A DNA stretch of 64,000 nucleotides from Narcine bancroftii (Eukaryota): contig NC_091480.1 in the NCBI RefSeq assembly GCF_036971445.1, positions 81,158,001-81,222,000 on the forward strand, written 5' to 3'. A program made the translations under genes and the position numbers. Positions 11,836 through 24,939 of the stretch are shown piece by piece. Every line of letters starts with the position of its first letter. The first letter of the stretch is position 1. The notes beneath the pieces were generated by a model. The model did not search any database. It saw only the letters and a program-made list of their open reading frames with translations, and was not told where the DNA came from.

Positions 11836-12207
11836 GCCTTTTTCCACTGGCAACCCAGTTAATTGGCCATGCAGTGTCCCGGGATAGGAAGCCGCTTGTG
11901 CTGTTTCCACTGGGCTACCTTTATGCAGGACACCAACTGCTTTTCCACTGAATACAACTCATCCCCGGGAATTGGAGAGTCCACCTTCGAATGGATATGG
12001 AACGGATGGAAGTTGTCCTTTTTCCACTGGATTAATCACCATACCAGCATCAGCTGACACCGGGGATTTGAGTGGGGTAGAGGCCTTCAATCCCCCGAGC
12101 AATTTGATGACATTTGATGCCAGTGTGCCGATTAAACCAGTGGAAAAGGACAACTTCCTGGGTTAATTCCCTGTTAATTCCTGGGACAAGGTGCCAGTGG
12201 TAAAAGG
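11836..12207. mobile_element. Non-autonomous DNA transposon (MITE, Harbinger-like)
   Basis: Inverted termini cctttttccactggca and tgccagtggtaaaagg, with internal copies of tttccactg on the left side and ccagtggaaaagg on the right side. Confidence 0.55.
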
Positions 12208-12639
12208 AACCAGTGTGGCACAACAGGAATGATTTAGGACTGAGAGTGGAATGAGTTGGCAAAGGAGTGGCTGGCGATGGCCTCCTGTGATGTAACATTC
12301 TCAGATTCTAAACCTGTCTTTGTGGTTGGAACCAGAATTCCCGATGGAAGAAGGAACGAAAGAAGTTGGAAGGATGTCTCGTGTGTTTGAGCTGGCAAGT
12401 CTAACCATTTCACCAGCCATTTCCGATGGATGGCAGGAGCTAAAATCCAGTCAAAATGTTGCCAAGGTCACTCGGTGAAGCCTGGCCAGTTATCTGAAGT
12501 TGATGCAATCACCTCTTGAATTCTGCCACCATTAACTACCATTTGCAAACAACAGGAAGTCACAGGGTTTATTGGTATGTGTTTAGCAGTCCAGAAAGAC
12601 CACATTCCATGCCACACCTGAGATAGATTCCAGTCCTAC

Positions 12640-12990
12640 TTCATACATATAATGCCAATGAGATTGAATCATGAGATGATTGGGTGAGTGCAGAGAGTCT
12701 TTTGCCCAAAGTAGGGGTATCAATTTATCAGAGGACAGAGATTTAAGGTGAAAGGGAGAGACTTAACAGAGACCTGAGGGGTAACATTTTTATACAGAGG
12801 GTGGTGAGTGTATGGAATGGACTGCTTGAAGAGGTGGTTGAAGCAGGTACTATTGCAAGGTTTGAGAAAACATTGGGCAGATGCACAGATAGAATAGGTT
12901 TAGAGGGATATGGGCCAAAAGCTGGCAGATGGGATTAATGTGGGTGGGTCATTTTTGTCGGCACGGTAAAGTTGGGCCGAAGGGCCTATC
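12640..12990 (+). mobile_element. CR1 LINE 3' end
   Basis: Typical CR1 3' text (tttaaggtgaaagggagag...cagagggtggtgagtgtatggaat...gggccgaagggcct). Confidence 0.7.
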
Positions 12991-13264
12991 TCAACGATGT
13001 ATGACTCTGTGACTCTCCACTAACCTGGATTTCAGTGTCAGCAAGTATCAGGAAGGTTGACCCAATCCAGAGCAAAGCAGCCTGCTTAACAAGCTCTTCA
13101 CCCTTCTCCCCCCCCCCCACCACCAGCTGCAGTGAACACCCCTTGTCGGCTGAGCCAGACCTTCCCTCGTTCACCTCACACTATTGTCGGTTTCTCATTT
13201 ATAGCACCCTATCACACTCTCTCTGTCCCTTCCACCTTAAACTTTTGATTTTTTTTGGCAAGTC

Positions 13265-13620
13265 CCAATATGCTGATGGCATCATGAAGAAAGCACGTCA
13301 GTGCCTCTACTTCCTCAGGAGTTTGCAGAGGTTTGGTATGGCACCAGAAACCCTGGCAAATTTCTACAAAGTGTGCTGAACAGCTGCATCATAGTCTGGT
13401 ATGGGGATACCTGCAAAAGGGCAAGACAGGAAAAACCTTACCCACCATCAAGAACATCTACAGGGAACGCTGCCGTCAACAAGGATCCACACCATCAGGA
13501 AACAAGTAGAGTTGCCACAAGACTCACACCATAAGGTTCAGGAACAGACCCCTCAACAAAAAACTCAATCTGGGACTCATTTAAGGACTCTTACTTGTGC
13601 ACTTCATTGATTTTCTTTGT
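13265..13620 (+). mobile_element. Rex/Babar LINE 3' fragment
   Basis: KKARQCLYFLRSLQRFGMAPETLANFYK remnant. Confidence 0.75.
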
Positions 13621-14899
13621 TGGTTGATCAAAGTAAACCTGTGAAGCTGTGAGGTAGTATCCGTGGGCGAAATGGATGGTCAACTTTTCAGGTCAGGCCA
13701 CATTTGCTTGCCTTGGTAAAGGCCCTTGCCCTGAAATGTTGACTGAGCATTTTTCGCCGTGGATGTTGCCTGACTTGCTGAGCTGCTCCGGCTTCTGAGT
13801 GTTGATTCTAGATCCAGTATCCAGTCCCTGGTAAACCGGGCTTCATTCAATAAAGCACGCAGAACCCGCAAAACCGCTCCTGGTATGTCCACACCCCCAC
13901 AGCCAAGCCTTCGGGTGTGGTGACATTATTTGGGGTTAGTCAAATTTGTGTTCAAATTAAATTGCAAGAATGCAAAGCGGCATGATCATCTAAACAGGAA
14001 AAGTCACATTTTTTCAGCAGGCGTTCATTGGAAGGATGCCTCCTGCAAGATGGACAGAGGGGTGAGGACAGACTCAGTGTAGGAGAGCTCCCCGAGGAGC
14101 TTTGATGGATTCTGAGCCAATCAAGAGGACAGCAGGGCAGGGGATTAACTAGGAGAGGAGAGAGAGGTGGATGAGTTTGGGGAGGGGGAAGGGGGGAAGG
14201 AGTCTGGAACTTTGGCTCCTGTTTGCAAGCCTTTACTGGATTAATGCTGCAATATTGGACCCTTTCTCTAATCTCCAGAACCTCGGCACAGTTTGCCTTC
14301 GACTCTGCACTTGGAATAAGTGAATTGGTTTGTCACTGTGAAGACCAGGGAAAAGGCACTTACACAGAGCCCTGTATCATATTTCAACATTCCTTCCAAC
14401 TCTGAGGTGGGGTTCTGCGGTGGCTGACACATTCTATGTGGAAGTTGCTCTCACAGGTGGAGCAGGTGGTGGTTAGTGTTCAGGTGGATGGGTGGTTTGT
14501 AAGGTGATGTGTTCCTGACCCTGGTTATGTAGGACATCTGTGAGTTCCTGTTGCAAGGTTCTGAAATGCTCCTTCTCTACCGAGCAGTGATGTCACAGAG
14601 TCAGACCCCACAGGTCCAGAGTGTCAATGCCGATCAACCTATCTTCTTGCTTTAGTCCCAATTGCCCACATTAGTCCCAGACCCCTCCAATCCCCTCCCA
14701 TTCATGGAGTTATTCAAATATTTCTTAAAGGAAACTAACATCTGGCAGTTCATTCCATGTGCCCACCACCTTCTGAGTTCCTTCAACTCCTTTCTAAATC
14801 CCTCTTCCCTCAACTTATTGTTATGACCTCTCATCTCAGGAGATGGCAGAAAACTGTAAGAATCATTGGGTTGTAATAGCAGATGATTTTAAGTTCTCA

Positions 14900-15375
14900 A
14901 ATTTTGCCAAGAGTGTGTGGAGAAGGATGCAAGGTTCTGTTTCATCCGCACCAGTCGTAGGATTTATGGGCTGTTGCCGGGGACACACAGAGACACAGAC
15001 ATCCAGAACTTCTGGAAAGCCATCAAGATGCTCTTTGGGCTGCCCAAAAAACATTGATCTTTCAGCACATGGAGGTGACGGTGCGGGTATGCTGCTGACT
15101 GGTACATTCCAGACTGAGGGGTGCACTGAGGCTTGGCGAAGCCACTGTGGGGAAGGACCATGGTCTAGCGTCATCCCATTACTGGTCACTGAGGGGTTGA
15201 GACTGAAGGGATGTCCCTCAAACAACAGAAGGGAGAATGACAAGACTGCTAAATAGAAAATGAATGTAACAATGTACAGTTTTGAAAATGTACGGCTATG
15301 ATACAAAGTGTGCAAAAAGACTGAAAAGTTTTCTTAGTAATAATTTATTGTGAATAAAGTCTATTTTTGGTTAAA
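14900..15375 (+). mobile_element. Tx1-clade L1 3' end, inserted in a CR1
   Basis: FAKSVWRRMQ...IYGLLPG...LW...WGRT pattern of the Tx1 C-terminus, with a 3' UTR ending in aataaagtctattttt. Confidence 0.6.
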
Positions 15376-16370
15376 TACATTTCTACTGGGATTGTCTGCT
15401 TGTGAAGGACTTGAATGGTGTGGAATGTGTAAGTTTTGCCCGGGGTAGTATTTCGAGCAACATATATAGTCCTACTCGAGAGGAGGCAATACTGGACCTT
15501 CTCTTGGGAAATGAGGCAGGCCGAGTGACTGGTGTCGGTGGGGAGAACTTTGGGACCAGTGACCTAATTCTATTAGTTACAAAATAGTTATGGAGAGAGT
15601 GAGGGCTGGCCCACAGTTTGACACCCTAAATCAGGGCAAAACTAATATTAATCAGGATCTTGCAGAGGTCAAATGGGAGATGAAGGAACATGAGGTAAGT
15701 GGGAGGCTTTTGAAAGCGAGAGAGGGAGAGTTCTCAGAGGCAACATACTTCTGTTAGAGTGAAACTCTTCCCAACATGAGATATTGTGGCTCTCTGGTCA
15801 AGTACATAAGGAGGCATAATGTATGTCAGATTGGAAGGCAACTTGGATCATGAATCCCTGGAAGAGTAGAGGGTTTGTAGGGATGCAGTGAAGTGGGAAT
15901 GAGGTAGCTCTGGCAGATATGGCAAGGAAAGGAAATACCTGAAATTATATTAAGAGGAAAATGGAGTCGGAGAGAAAACAGGGACCCTCAAGGATCAAGA
16001 GGGAGGTCTATGTGTGGAGCCGCAGGAGATGGGAGAGATCTTGATTGTGTCTACTGTAGAGAAGGTCATGGAAGTCAAAGAATTTGGGAAAGAGAACAGT
16101 AATTTTTTTGGGAAGCATATTCACTTTACAAGAGAAGAGCTGTGAGCGGTTCCCCAACATATAAAGGAGGCTAAATCCCTGGGCCTTGACCAAGCGTATC
16201 CAGGGACATTGTGGGAAAGCAGAGAATAAACTTCTGGTGTCCTGGTGGAGATACTTCTACCATTGTTAGCCATAGATTAGGTGTCAGATAACTGGACAAT
16301 GGTTCTTAAAGAAGGCTGCAAGCCCAAGGCTGGGAAGTACAGAATAGTGAGCTCAACATCAAGGATTTCC
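15376..16370 (+). mobile_element. CR1 LINE ORF2 fragment (endonuclease to RT), degenerate
   Basis: PTREEAILDLLLGNEAG, KSLGLDQAYP and KAGKYRIVSSTS remnants. Confidence 0.7.
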
Positions 16371-16532
16371 AGCAGTGGGTGCATATCCAAGGGAGGTCTC
16401 AGCAGTGGGGTGCGACTGGGGGGGAAGGGTGGGGTTCTCAGCAGTGTGAGTGTTATGGGGTTCTCAGCAATGTTACTGGGGAGGAGTGGGGGTCTCAGCA
16501 GTGTGTGTGCTATGGGGGGGAGGAGGTTCTCA

Positions 16533-16603
<71 letters not shown>

Positions 16604-17397
16604 GTGAGGGAGGGTTTCCCAGCAAGGTGTGGGTTAGTGAGGGAGGAGTTCCTAGCAGTGAGTGTGTTAGTGAGGGAAGAGTTCCCATTAGTCTGTGTGT
16701 TAATGAGGACGGGTTACCTAGCAGTGTGTATGTTAGTGAAGGAGGGGTTCTTAGCACTGGGTGTGTTAGTGATGAAGGGGTGCCAGCAGTGAGTGTGTTA
16801 GTGAGGGAGGGGTACCTGGCAGTGTGTGTTTTAGTGAGGGAGGGGTCCCAGCAGTGGGTGTGTTAGTGAGGGAGGGGTTCCCAACAGTGAGTGTGTTAGT
16901 GAGGGAGAGGTGCCAGCAGTGCGTTTGTTAGTGAGGGAGGGGTTCTTAGCAGTGGGTGTGTTAGTGAGGGAGGGGTTCCAGCAGTGAGTGTGTTAGTGAG
17001 GGAGGGGTGCCCAGGAGTGTGTTAGTGAGGGAGGGGTGCCAGCAGTGAGTGTGTTAGTGAGGGAGAGGTGCCCAGGAATGTGTGTGTGTGTTAGTGAGGG
17101 AGGATTACCTAGCAGTGTGTGTTAGTGAGGGAGGGGTCCCCAACAGTGTGTGTTTTAGTGAGGGAGGGGTTCTTAGCAGTGTGTGTGTTAGTGAGGGAGG
17201 GGTGCCCAGGAGTGTGTGTGAGTGTGTGTGTGTTAGTGAGGGAGGATTACCTAGCAGTGTGTGTTAGTGAGGGAGGGGTGCCCAACAGTGTGTGTTTTAG
17301 TGAGGGAGGGGTTCTTAGCAGTGGGTGTGTTAGTGAGGGAGGGTTCCCAGCAGTGAGTGTGTTAGTGAGGGAGGGGTGCCCAGCACTGGGTGTGTAA
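16370..17397. repeat. G-rich ~30-bp minisatellite with an embedded (GT)~32 microsatellite at 16536-16600
   Basis: Repeating unit gtgtgttagtgagggaggggttc(c/t)tagcagt. Confidence 0.95.
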
Positions 17398-17758
17398 CTG
17401 GGAGGAAGGATCCATATGCATCTAGAAATCCCAAGATTCGTGCTGCCCAGTTCATCATCGGAATGCCCTCTATTTTTGACTCCGGGTTTGGCGAGGGACC
17501 TGGAAACTGACCAAGTCCAGCGAGTAAACAGCGGGTGGAGCGGAGATGGAATCTTGCTTTGCAGGCTGCACACAGATTGTGGTCAGGTCGTTTGTACCGA
17601 GGGCTGTGGCATCTCAACCCACCCACATCGGTATGTGGTTCAACCGGATGGGAGAATGTGGATGCCTGAGCCGGTTCTTCGCGGTCCCTGGGCTTTGTCT
17701 GATCTCACAAACCCGACGGGGCTCATTCTGCAGGACAGCCCTTGGAGACAAGCTGGAC

Positions 17759-17766
17759 TATTTAAG
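17759..17766 (+). promoter_or_regulatory. TATA-like box of the keratin gene
   Basis: TATTTAAG about 75 nt upstream of the ATG, inside a CpG-containing stretch. Confidence 0.55.
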
Positions 17767-17837
17767 TCGCAGGCGCCTTGGTCCAAGCGCACTACTGCTC
17801 TCCAATTGCCCGTTGTGAGACTCCCAACTCTGCGATC

Positions 17838-18269
17838 ATGTCCCTCAGAGGACAGTTCTCCCAGAACGTCAGGAGAACTAGCCGTAAGGCTGACTCCCTG
17901 ATCCTGGGCAGCTCTCACCAGAGGATGAGTGCGAGTAGCAGCATGGTGAAGCCTCACCGTTCCTCCAGCGTCTACAACATCTCGACCAGGTCCGGCCGCA
18001 TCTCCAGCGTCAACTACGGTTCTAACAAATCCGGCACCTACGGGGGCTTCTACAGCTCCGGAATGCTGGCCCCATTCTCCATCAACGAGAAGCAGACCAT
18101 GCAGAACCTGAACGAGCGCTTGTCCAATTACCTGGAGAAGGTGCGCTCTCTGGAGAAGTCCAACGGTGAACTGGAGGGCAAGATCAGGGAGTACTACGAG
18201 AATAGGTCTCCCGCCAGCTTCAAGGAAATGGGGGACTATTGGAAAACCATTCACGACCTCCGAACCCAG
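17838..18269 (+). CDS. Type I keratin exon 1 (head and coil 1A)
   Basis: MSLRGQFSQ...[31 protein letters not shown]...LRTQ, donor GTAAGT. Confidence 0.95.
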
Positions 18270-21200
18270 GTAAGTCTGTCTCCAAGACACGCAGGAGACT
18301 GGAGGCTGGAATTTGGAGCCACAAACCATCTCTTGAACTCTGCGCAGGCATCACTGGGAGTGGGGAATGTCCTGTGTCTGGAACGGTTTCCCACCGTGAC
18401 AAGAAGGGAACCTTTACCTTCACTCTTGATTTTTCTCCCTCTGATACCGCTTCCATTCCACCCGCTGAGCTAGTCTGGCCGGCTGTTTGTAAGTCTATTT
18501 GCTAAGCAGAGGGTTCAATCAAACTCCCCATGGTCATCTTTGCAGACCAGCTCCACGCCATCTTCCTGTCATCTTTGAGTACAGTTCAGATCTCCAAGGG
18601 GTCAGACTGCCCCATGTTTACAGGAGGAGCTCCCCCAGTACTGTTGTAGAGTTGGGGTGAGAAAGCTATACCTCCTTGGTTCTGAGTGGCAACCAGAGAA
18701 GGGTTAGCATTCTCCAGCATGGAACCTCCATTACATGTAACCTGGCCTGTGCATTGTTCCCTGGCCTGTTTATGTATCTCCTGGCCTGTGCGTTCATCCC
18801 TGGCCTGTGCGTTCATCCCTGGCCTGTGCATTCATCTACTGGCCTGGGTGTGCATTCATCTCCTGGCTGGTGCATTTATCTCCATTTCAGCCCACGAATG
18901 TGTTCAGCTCCTGGGTGGCAATTTTTTGGAGGACTTGACCATTCAGCCCTTCATCTGACCTACCCCCATTTGTTCATTCTTGGACCCATTCGAGAGGCTT
19001 TGGGCACATATGACCTCAGGGCCCATTACCAGCCTTTCCAAAATAGAAAGCATCCTTGCTCTCCTTCCTCTCCAACACCCCCTCTTTCCTTCTGATCCCT
19101 TCATTTCCATTTCCCTTTTCCTTCCTATTCTACTCTCACTTCATCACTGTCACTCTTCTTTTCGTCTCCTCCAGACTCCTGCTGGTTGCTGTGCAGGCAC
19201 AAATTCCAAACTTGATAAATCAAGCACAGTAATGCAGCAGGTAGTGCTGCTGCTGTGGCTCCAACAACCCAGGTCCAATTCTGACCTCAGGTGCTGTCTG
19301 CGTGGAGTTTGCACATTCTCCCTGTGACCATGTGGGTTTCCCCAAGGTGCTCAAGTTTCCTCCAACATCCCAAAGATGTTTGGATTGGTGAATTGATTGG
19401 CCACTATGAATGACCCAGGATGTAAGAGGGTGATTGATGGTTTAGAGGACAGGTGACTGGGAAATAGGTGGGGGAAATGGGAAATACTCTGAGACCCAGC
19501 ATTAAATTGATGAACTGAAGAGCCTCTTCATGCAACAAATCAAAATCTGGAATATGAAACACAATGAAAATGACTAAAGCAAATCGAGGACTGTGGGCTC
19601 AGACTTACTGCCTGACTGGATAGTTTGGAGTCATTTTATGTTCTACCAACTTGAAAAGGATCGGCAGGTCATTACTTAGATATTTGCATTTCCACTGCAA
19701 GCATCTCGATCTATTCCATCCTCATGACCCCCCTTCCCCACGAGCATGTGGCCCGTTGTCCTCCCTTCGCTCTCTGCAAGTTTCTGCTGCTGTTTTTATA
19801 TTTATATTTGTGGTTCTCAGCTCAGAAATGTGTTTGAATTTTACAGATCAACGCTGCTTCTCTGAATAATGCCAAGATTCTGCTGCAGATCGACAATGCA
19901 AAGCTGGCTGCGGATGATTTTAAAACCAAGTGAGTCATGTGATGCATGCAGACACATTGCTTTTTTAAATTTAGACGTATAGCACAGTAACAGGCCATTT
20001 CGGCCCATCAGTCCATGCTACTCAATTCTTCTTTGGCTTGGCTTCGCGGACGAAGATTTATGGAGGGGGTAAAAAGTCCACGTCAGCTGCAGGCTCGTTT
20101 GTGGCTGACCAGTCCGATGCGGGACAGGCAGACACGATTGCAGCGGTTGCAAGGGAAAATTGGTTGGTTGGGGTTGGGTGTTGGGTTTTTCCTCCTTTGC
20201 CTTTTGTCAGTGAGGTGGGCTCTGCGGTCTTCTTCAAAGGAGGCTGCTGCCCGCCAAACTGTGAGGCGCCAAGATGCACGGTTTGAGGCGTTTACAGCCC
20301 ACTGGCGGTGGTCAATGTGGCAGGCACCAAGAGATTTCTTTAGGCAGTCCTTGTACCTTTTCTTTGGTGCACCTCTGTCACGGTGGCCAGTGGAGAGCTC
20401 GCCATATAATACGATCTTGGGAAGGCGATGGTCCTCCATTCTGGAGACGTGACCCATCCAGCGCAGCTGGATCTTCAGCAGCGTGGACTCGATGCTGTCG
20501 ACCTCTGCCATCTCGAGTACCTCGACGTTAGGGGTGTGAGCGCTCCAATGGATGTTGAGGATGGAGCGGAGACAACGCTGGTGGAAGCGTTCTAGGAGCC
20601 GTAGGTGGTGCCGGTAGAGGACCCATGATTCGGAGCCGAACAGGAGTGTGGGTATGACAACGGCTCTGTATACGCTTATCTTTGTGAGGTTTTTCAGTTG
20701 GTTGTTTTTCCAGACTCTTTTGTGTACTCAATTAACACTGCATTAACCTCCAACCCCTGATACCTTTTGAATGGTGGGAGGAAACCGGAGTCCCCAGATA
20801 AAATCCATGCTGACACAGGGAGAACGTACAAACTCCTTACAGACAGCGTTGGACTTGAATCTCGGTCTTGTCCCAATTATTGACATTGTAAATTGTGAAC
20901 AGCTCGAATATCTTTTGCAGAAGTCTGTTCATGATTGGTACAGAGGAGATGATCATTCCCTGCTTCTCAGTTAAGCCCAGTTTCCACACTGCAAGAAATG
21001 ACTGATTGATTTCATGAACAGAATATGCCAGCAGGAGGGATAATAGCAATAAACAGGAAAGAATGGCAAGGAAAATGGGTCTGAACAGTGAGAGGTCATT
21101 GGAAGCATGGAAAATAATCAATAAAGCAATCAGGTAGAACAGTGGCAGGTGGAATTTAATCCAAATAAGAATGAGGTGATGCATTTAGGAACTTCAAATA

Positions 21201-24200
21201 GTGGCCAGACATAACCAGTAAATGGCACGGACCTCAGGAGTGTTGGTGGACAGTGGGACCTCGAGGCAGAAGTTCAGGTTCTCTGAAAAACATAGGTGTA
21301 TGGGTTAGTGAAGAAAATGTTTGGTATGAGGCACTGGGCACAAGAGTTGAGAGGTCATGTGTAGCAGTGCAAAACATTAGTTAGACTGTATTTGAAGCAT
21401 TGTGTGTTCTGGTCACCATGGCCAGAACAGATGTGGTCACCACAGAATGAGTACGGAGGAGATTCACCAGAATGTTACCTGGGATGGAGCGTTGTAGAGC
21501 AGCCAATCTCCACGAGGGCCATATGGCCCAGCTGGGGACCAGAGTACATTTACGGGATAGACACAGACCAAGATCATAAACTATTGTTTTATGCTTTTTT
21601 CTGTAGTTGGTGGGAGAGAGGGAGAGAAGTATGGGAACTAAACTTGTCTGCTTCACATGGAAGGGGGCCCATAAATTTTAGCCAGGGTCCTAAGGGGCCC
21701 ATCAACAAAAAAAATAAGGTTGAGAATGGCTGGTGTAGAAATTCAAGAAGCTGTGTTTATTCTCACTGGGGGACCTGATTAACAATTCTAAAATTATGAG
21801 GGCATATTTCGGGAAGGTACTCAGAGTCATTTCCCCAGGGTTGGGGTGTCCACACTGAGAGGGCAAATGTTTAAGTTGAACATTGGAACAATTTTCCACA
21901 GAGAGGGTGGTGGGTGTGAGTGGAATGGGACACATTGGAATGAGGAAGTGGTCAAGAAAATACAATTGCAGTGTTGGGAAGGCATTTGGAAGGGTACTTG
22001 GATAGGAAAAGGGAGATACATGCAAATGGGATCATCACAGATAGACTTCATGTTTAGAATGCACAAGATGGGTCAAAAGGGCCAGACTCTGTGACTCTAT
22101 GATACATCACAGATAAGGCCATTTGGCCTGTCATGCTTGTGCTAGCTCTTTGAATGAGCAATTAGTTCTGTTCTTTTTCTCATTTTCCCCAACTCCTGTA
22201 CATCTTTTCTGGTGAAAGCCCCAAGTGACTCCTCTTTAATGCTGGGCATTTCAGAGCACAACAGCTCGCTGCGTGGAAGCTCTCCTCCATAATGGGGCTC
22301 TTTCACCAATGATCAGAAGTTTGTGTTTTCTCGTTATCTTCTGGACATTATCTTATCAAATTTTCTGAAGCTCTGAGGCAGTTCTAGGGAAACAGGAGGA
22401 ACTTGATCTTGTAATGGAGAAAGCACACATTAGACTTTGGGCTATAGACGAATATTGAAGAACCAAGTAGATTTCAGAATTGATGACCTTTTTTATCACA
22501 TTATACACCCAGCAAGTGTTTTCCCATTGACTACCACGCCTGATAGAGAGCTTTACAGATGATCCAAAAATTAACTCTGCATCAGAGTGAGATAGAAAGC
22601 TTTAGACTGCAGAAGGTCTTGTTAGTTGGACAGAAAAATGGCCAATCTATCCAGAGAGATATGTTGTTATACAGTCTGGAGGATACAGCAGAGAAAATGA
22701 TTATAAAGGAGAGAATTTGAATGGTATGAAGGGGCAGATGGACCTAGAAGCATAGATCCACAGTTGCTTAAAGATAGCCAGCTCAGTTGATAAGTGTGGT
22801 GGTAAGGATATGCAGGATGGCTTCCTTGGTTTGCTAATCATGACATCTAAGATTAAGTACAACACTCATTTGGCTCGAAGAAAAAAATTATACATGGCTC
22901 TCAGGAAGCAAATTGTGATTGGTGGTGACTACATTGGACCAACTGGCAAGCCCCCATCTTTCTCCTCCACCCTGCAGGTATGACTCGGAGTTGGCCATCA
23001 GGCGTGGAGTGGAGCTCGACATCAATGGGCTGCGCAAAGTCCTGGATGAATTGACCATAGCCAGAACGGATCTAGAGTCACAGATTGAAGCCATGAAGGA
23101 AGAAATGACCTATACCAAGAAAAATCACGAAGAGGTGAGTGGCAGAGAAGCAAACAATTCCAATGTTGAGATAAACCTACGTCAAACATCAGGTAATTAG
23201 CTAGTGGCATCGAAGATTCAACTTGATCGTGTGCTGTTGCCATTGTGGTAAAGCAGAATTTCTGCCCATGCCTGATTGGTTGAAGGTGTTCGGGATCAGC
23301 AGCAAAATGCCCAGACTGAGAATGGCCAGGAGAGCATGAGGGTCTCAGAATATGCCTCCCTGTCTGGTGAGATCAACATCCTTTGTGCCCACTGATACAA
23401 TAACTCAAACTCCTTTTTCTTCCATTCTTGTCAGTAGAAACATCCTTCACCATCTTCCCCTCCCGTAACTCAATATCCTTCTGTTGTTTCCCCATTCCAA
23501 TAATGAGGCCTCACTGGATGGAAACAGTGAGACAAGGACTGATTAACTTCCAGGGATGGTGCTAATGGCTTAAATGATCTGTTCATTATCTCTCAGCATC
23601 TTTCTCCAGTGCCAATACAACTACACTCCCATTTGGCATAATTCACATCTGCCTTATACCACATCCATACCGTGAATCATATCTACTGGATCTCCGCCAA
23701 TCAGTGAGCTTGGGGAGATTCTTTTGGATTGATGTCAACACTCTTTTCAGTCTGCAAAATTGGGTCAGCTTTAACACCTTAAACTTCGTGAAGGATCGAC
23801 ACTTATTGATGGAAATCTCTTTTTGTAGGAGTTGAAATCTCTCCGCAGCCAGATTCGAGGCAAAGTCACGGTGGATGTGGACTCGAGTCCAGGTGAAGAT
23901 TTGACCAAGGTCCTGGCTGAAATGAGAGAAAAGTATGAGGAAATGGCAGCCAAGAACCAGAAGGATGCAGAGACCTGGTTCAAGGAGCAGGTAATTGGAG
24001 CAGTATCACATCAGCTAGCATTCCAGTTGCTGCAGTGGGAACCTATACAAAATCCTTTGTGAGTAAGGTTTAAATTAAATTAGGTAGGTGAGGAATGTGT
24101 GAACATTTGCAAATAATTGGAGAATTTGTAGCTTCTCTGATGTGTGAACCTATACTTCAACCACAGCCTCGGCACCATTCATGTCACAAAACTCTCTTAA

Positions 24201-24902
24201 GGTGCTTCAAAGAAAATCCATGAAGCAAACATTAATATTATCTCCCATATTAGGGCAGATGGCCAAAGAGCCAATCAAAGAGATTTTATAGAGCATATTG
24301 TGGGAGGAGAGATTAATGGAGGGAATGCATTATTTTGGTGTCAGGCACAGGATGAGCAAGAACCTCTTTGATACACCCTCACAGTGGTGTCTTCATGCAG
24401 TAATGCAGTTAGCACAATTCGTTACCCTCCTCTATCTCTCCAACCAATAATGTAGCCCCAATCAGGGGTCTTTTTTTAATTTAGTCAACAGCAATGTCTG
24501 CATTTATTGCCCATTCCTAATTGCCCCTGTAAATGAGGAGGCTTTGGTGGGCCTGGACTTATCCCCTGTATTTAAATGTCCCAGCCACCATGCTGCAATT
24601 CGAGCTTGAGCTGTTACATCAGTAGTCCAGGTCTTTAATCCTATCAGTTCCCACATGGCCTCTACAGTCCTCATTACCCATGGGGGTTGTCAGGACAACA
24701 GAAAAACACCAACACTGCAAAGCTGGAACCTTCAGCAAACAGTGAGTAGCTGGAGAGAGGGAGATGGTCAGTCAGCATTTTGAGTCAGGGGCCTTTATCA
24801 AGGTTAAAGTGGGAAGGGGAAATATCAATTATGTCGAGACATGGAAGCTGGGGAGAGACTAAGAGGTGATACGGCTTTGGTCATAAGCTGGTCGGGGGGG
24901 AT

Positions 24903-24939
<37 letters not shown>

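Noticed and set aside
16600-17380. ttagtgaggg resembles part of the T3 phage promoter (vector contamination), and the array looks superficially CRISPR-like
   Set aside because: Only a 10-nt coincidence within a head-to-tail degenerate minisatellite. There are no unique spacers or cas genes, and the context is vertebrate.
16281-17626. ORFs with (VC)n, VLVREG or (TH)n repeats
   Set aside because: They are translations of the minisatellite and GT microsatellite.
17640-18329. 229-aa minus-strand ORF
   Set aside because: Antisense to keratin exon 1; a common codon-bias artefact.
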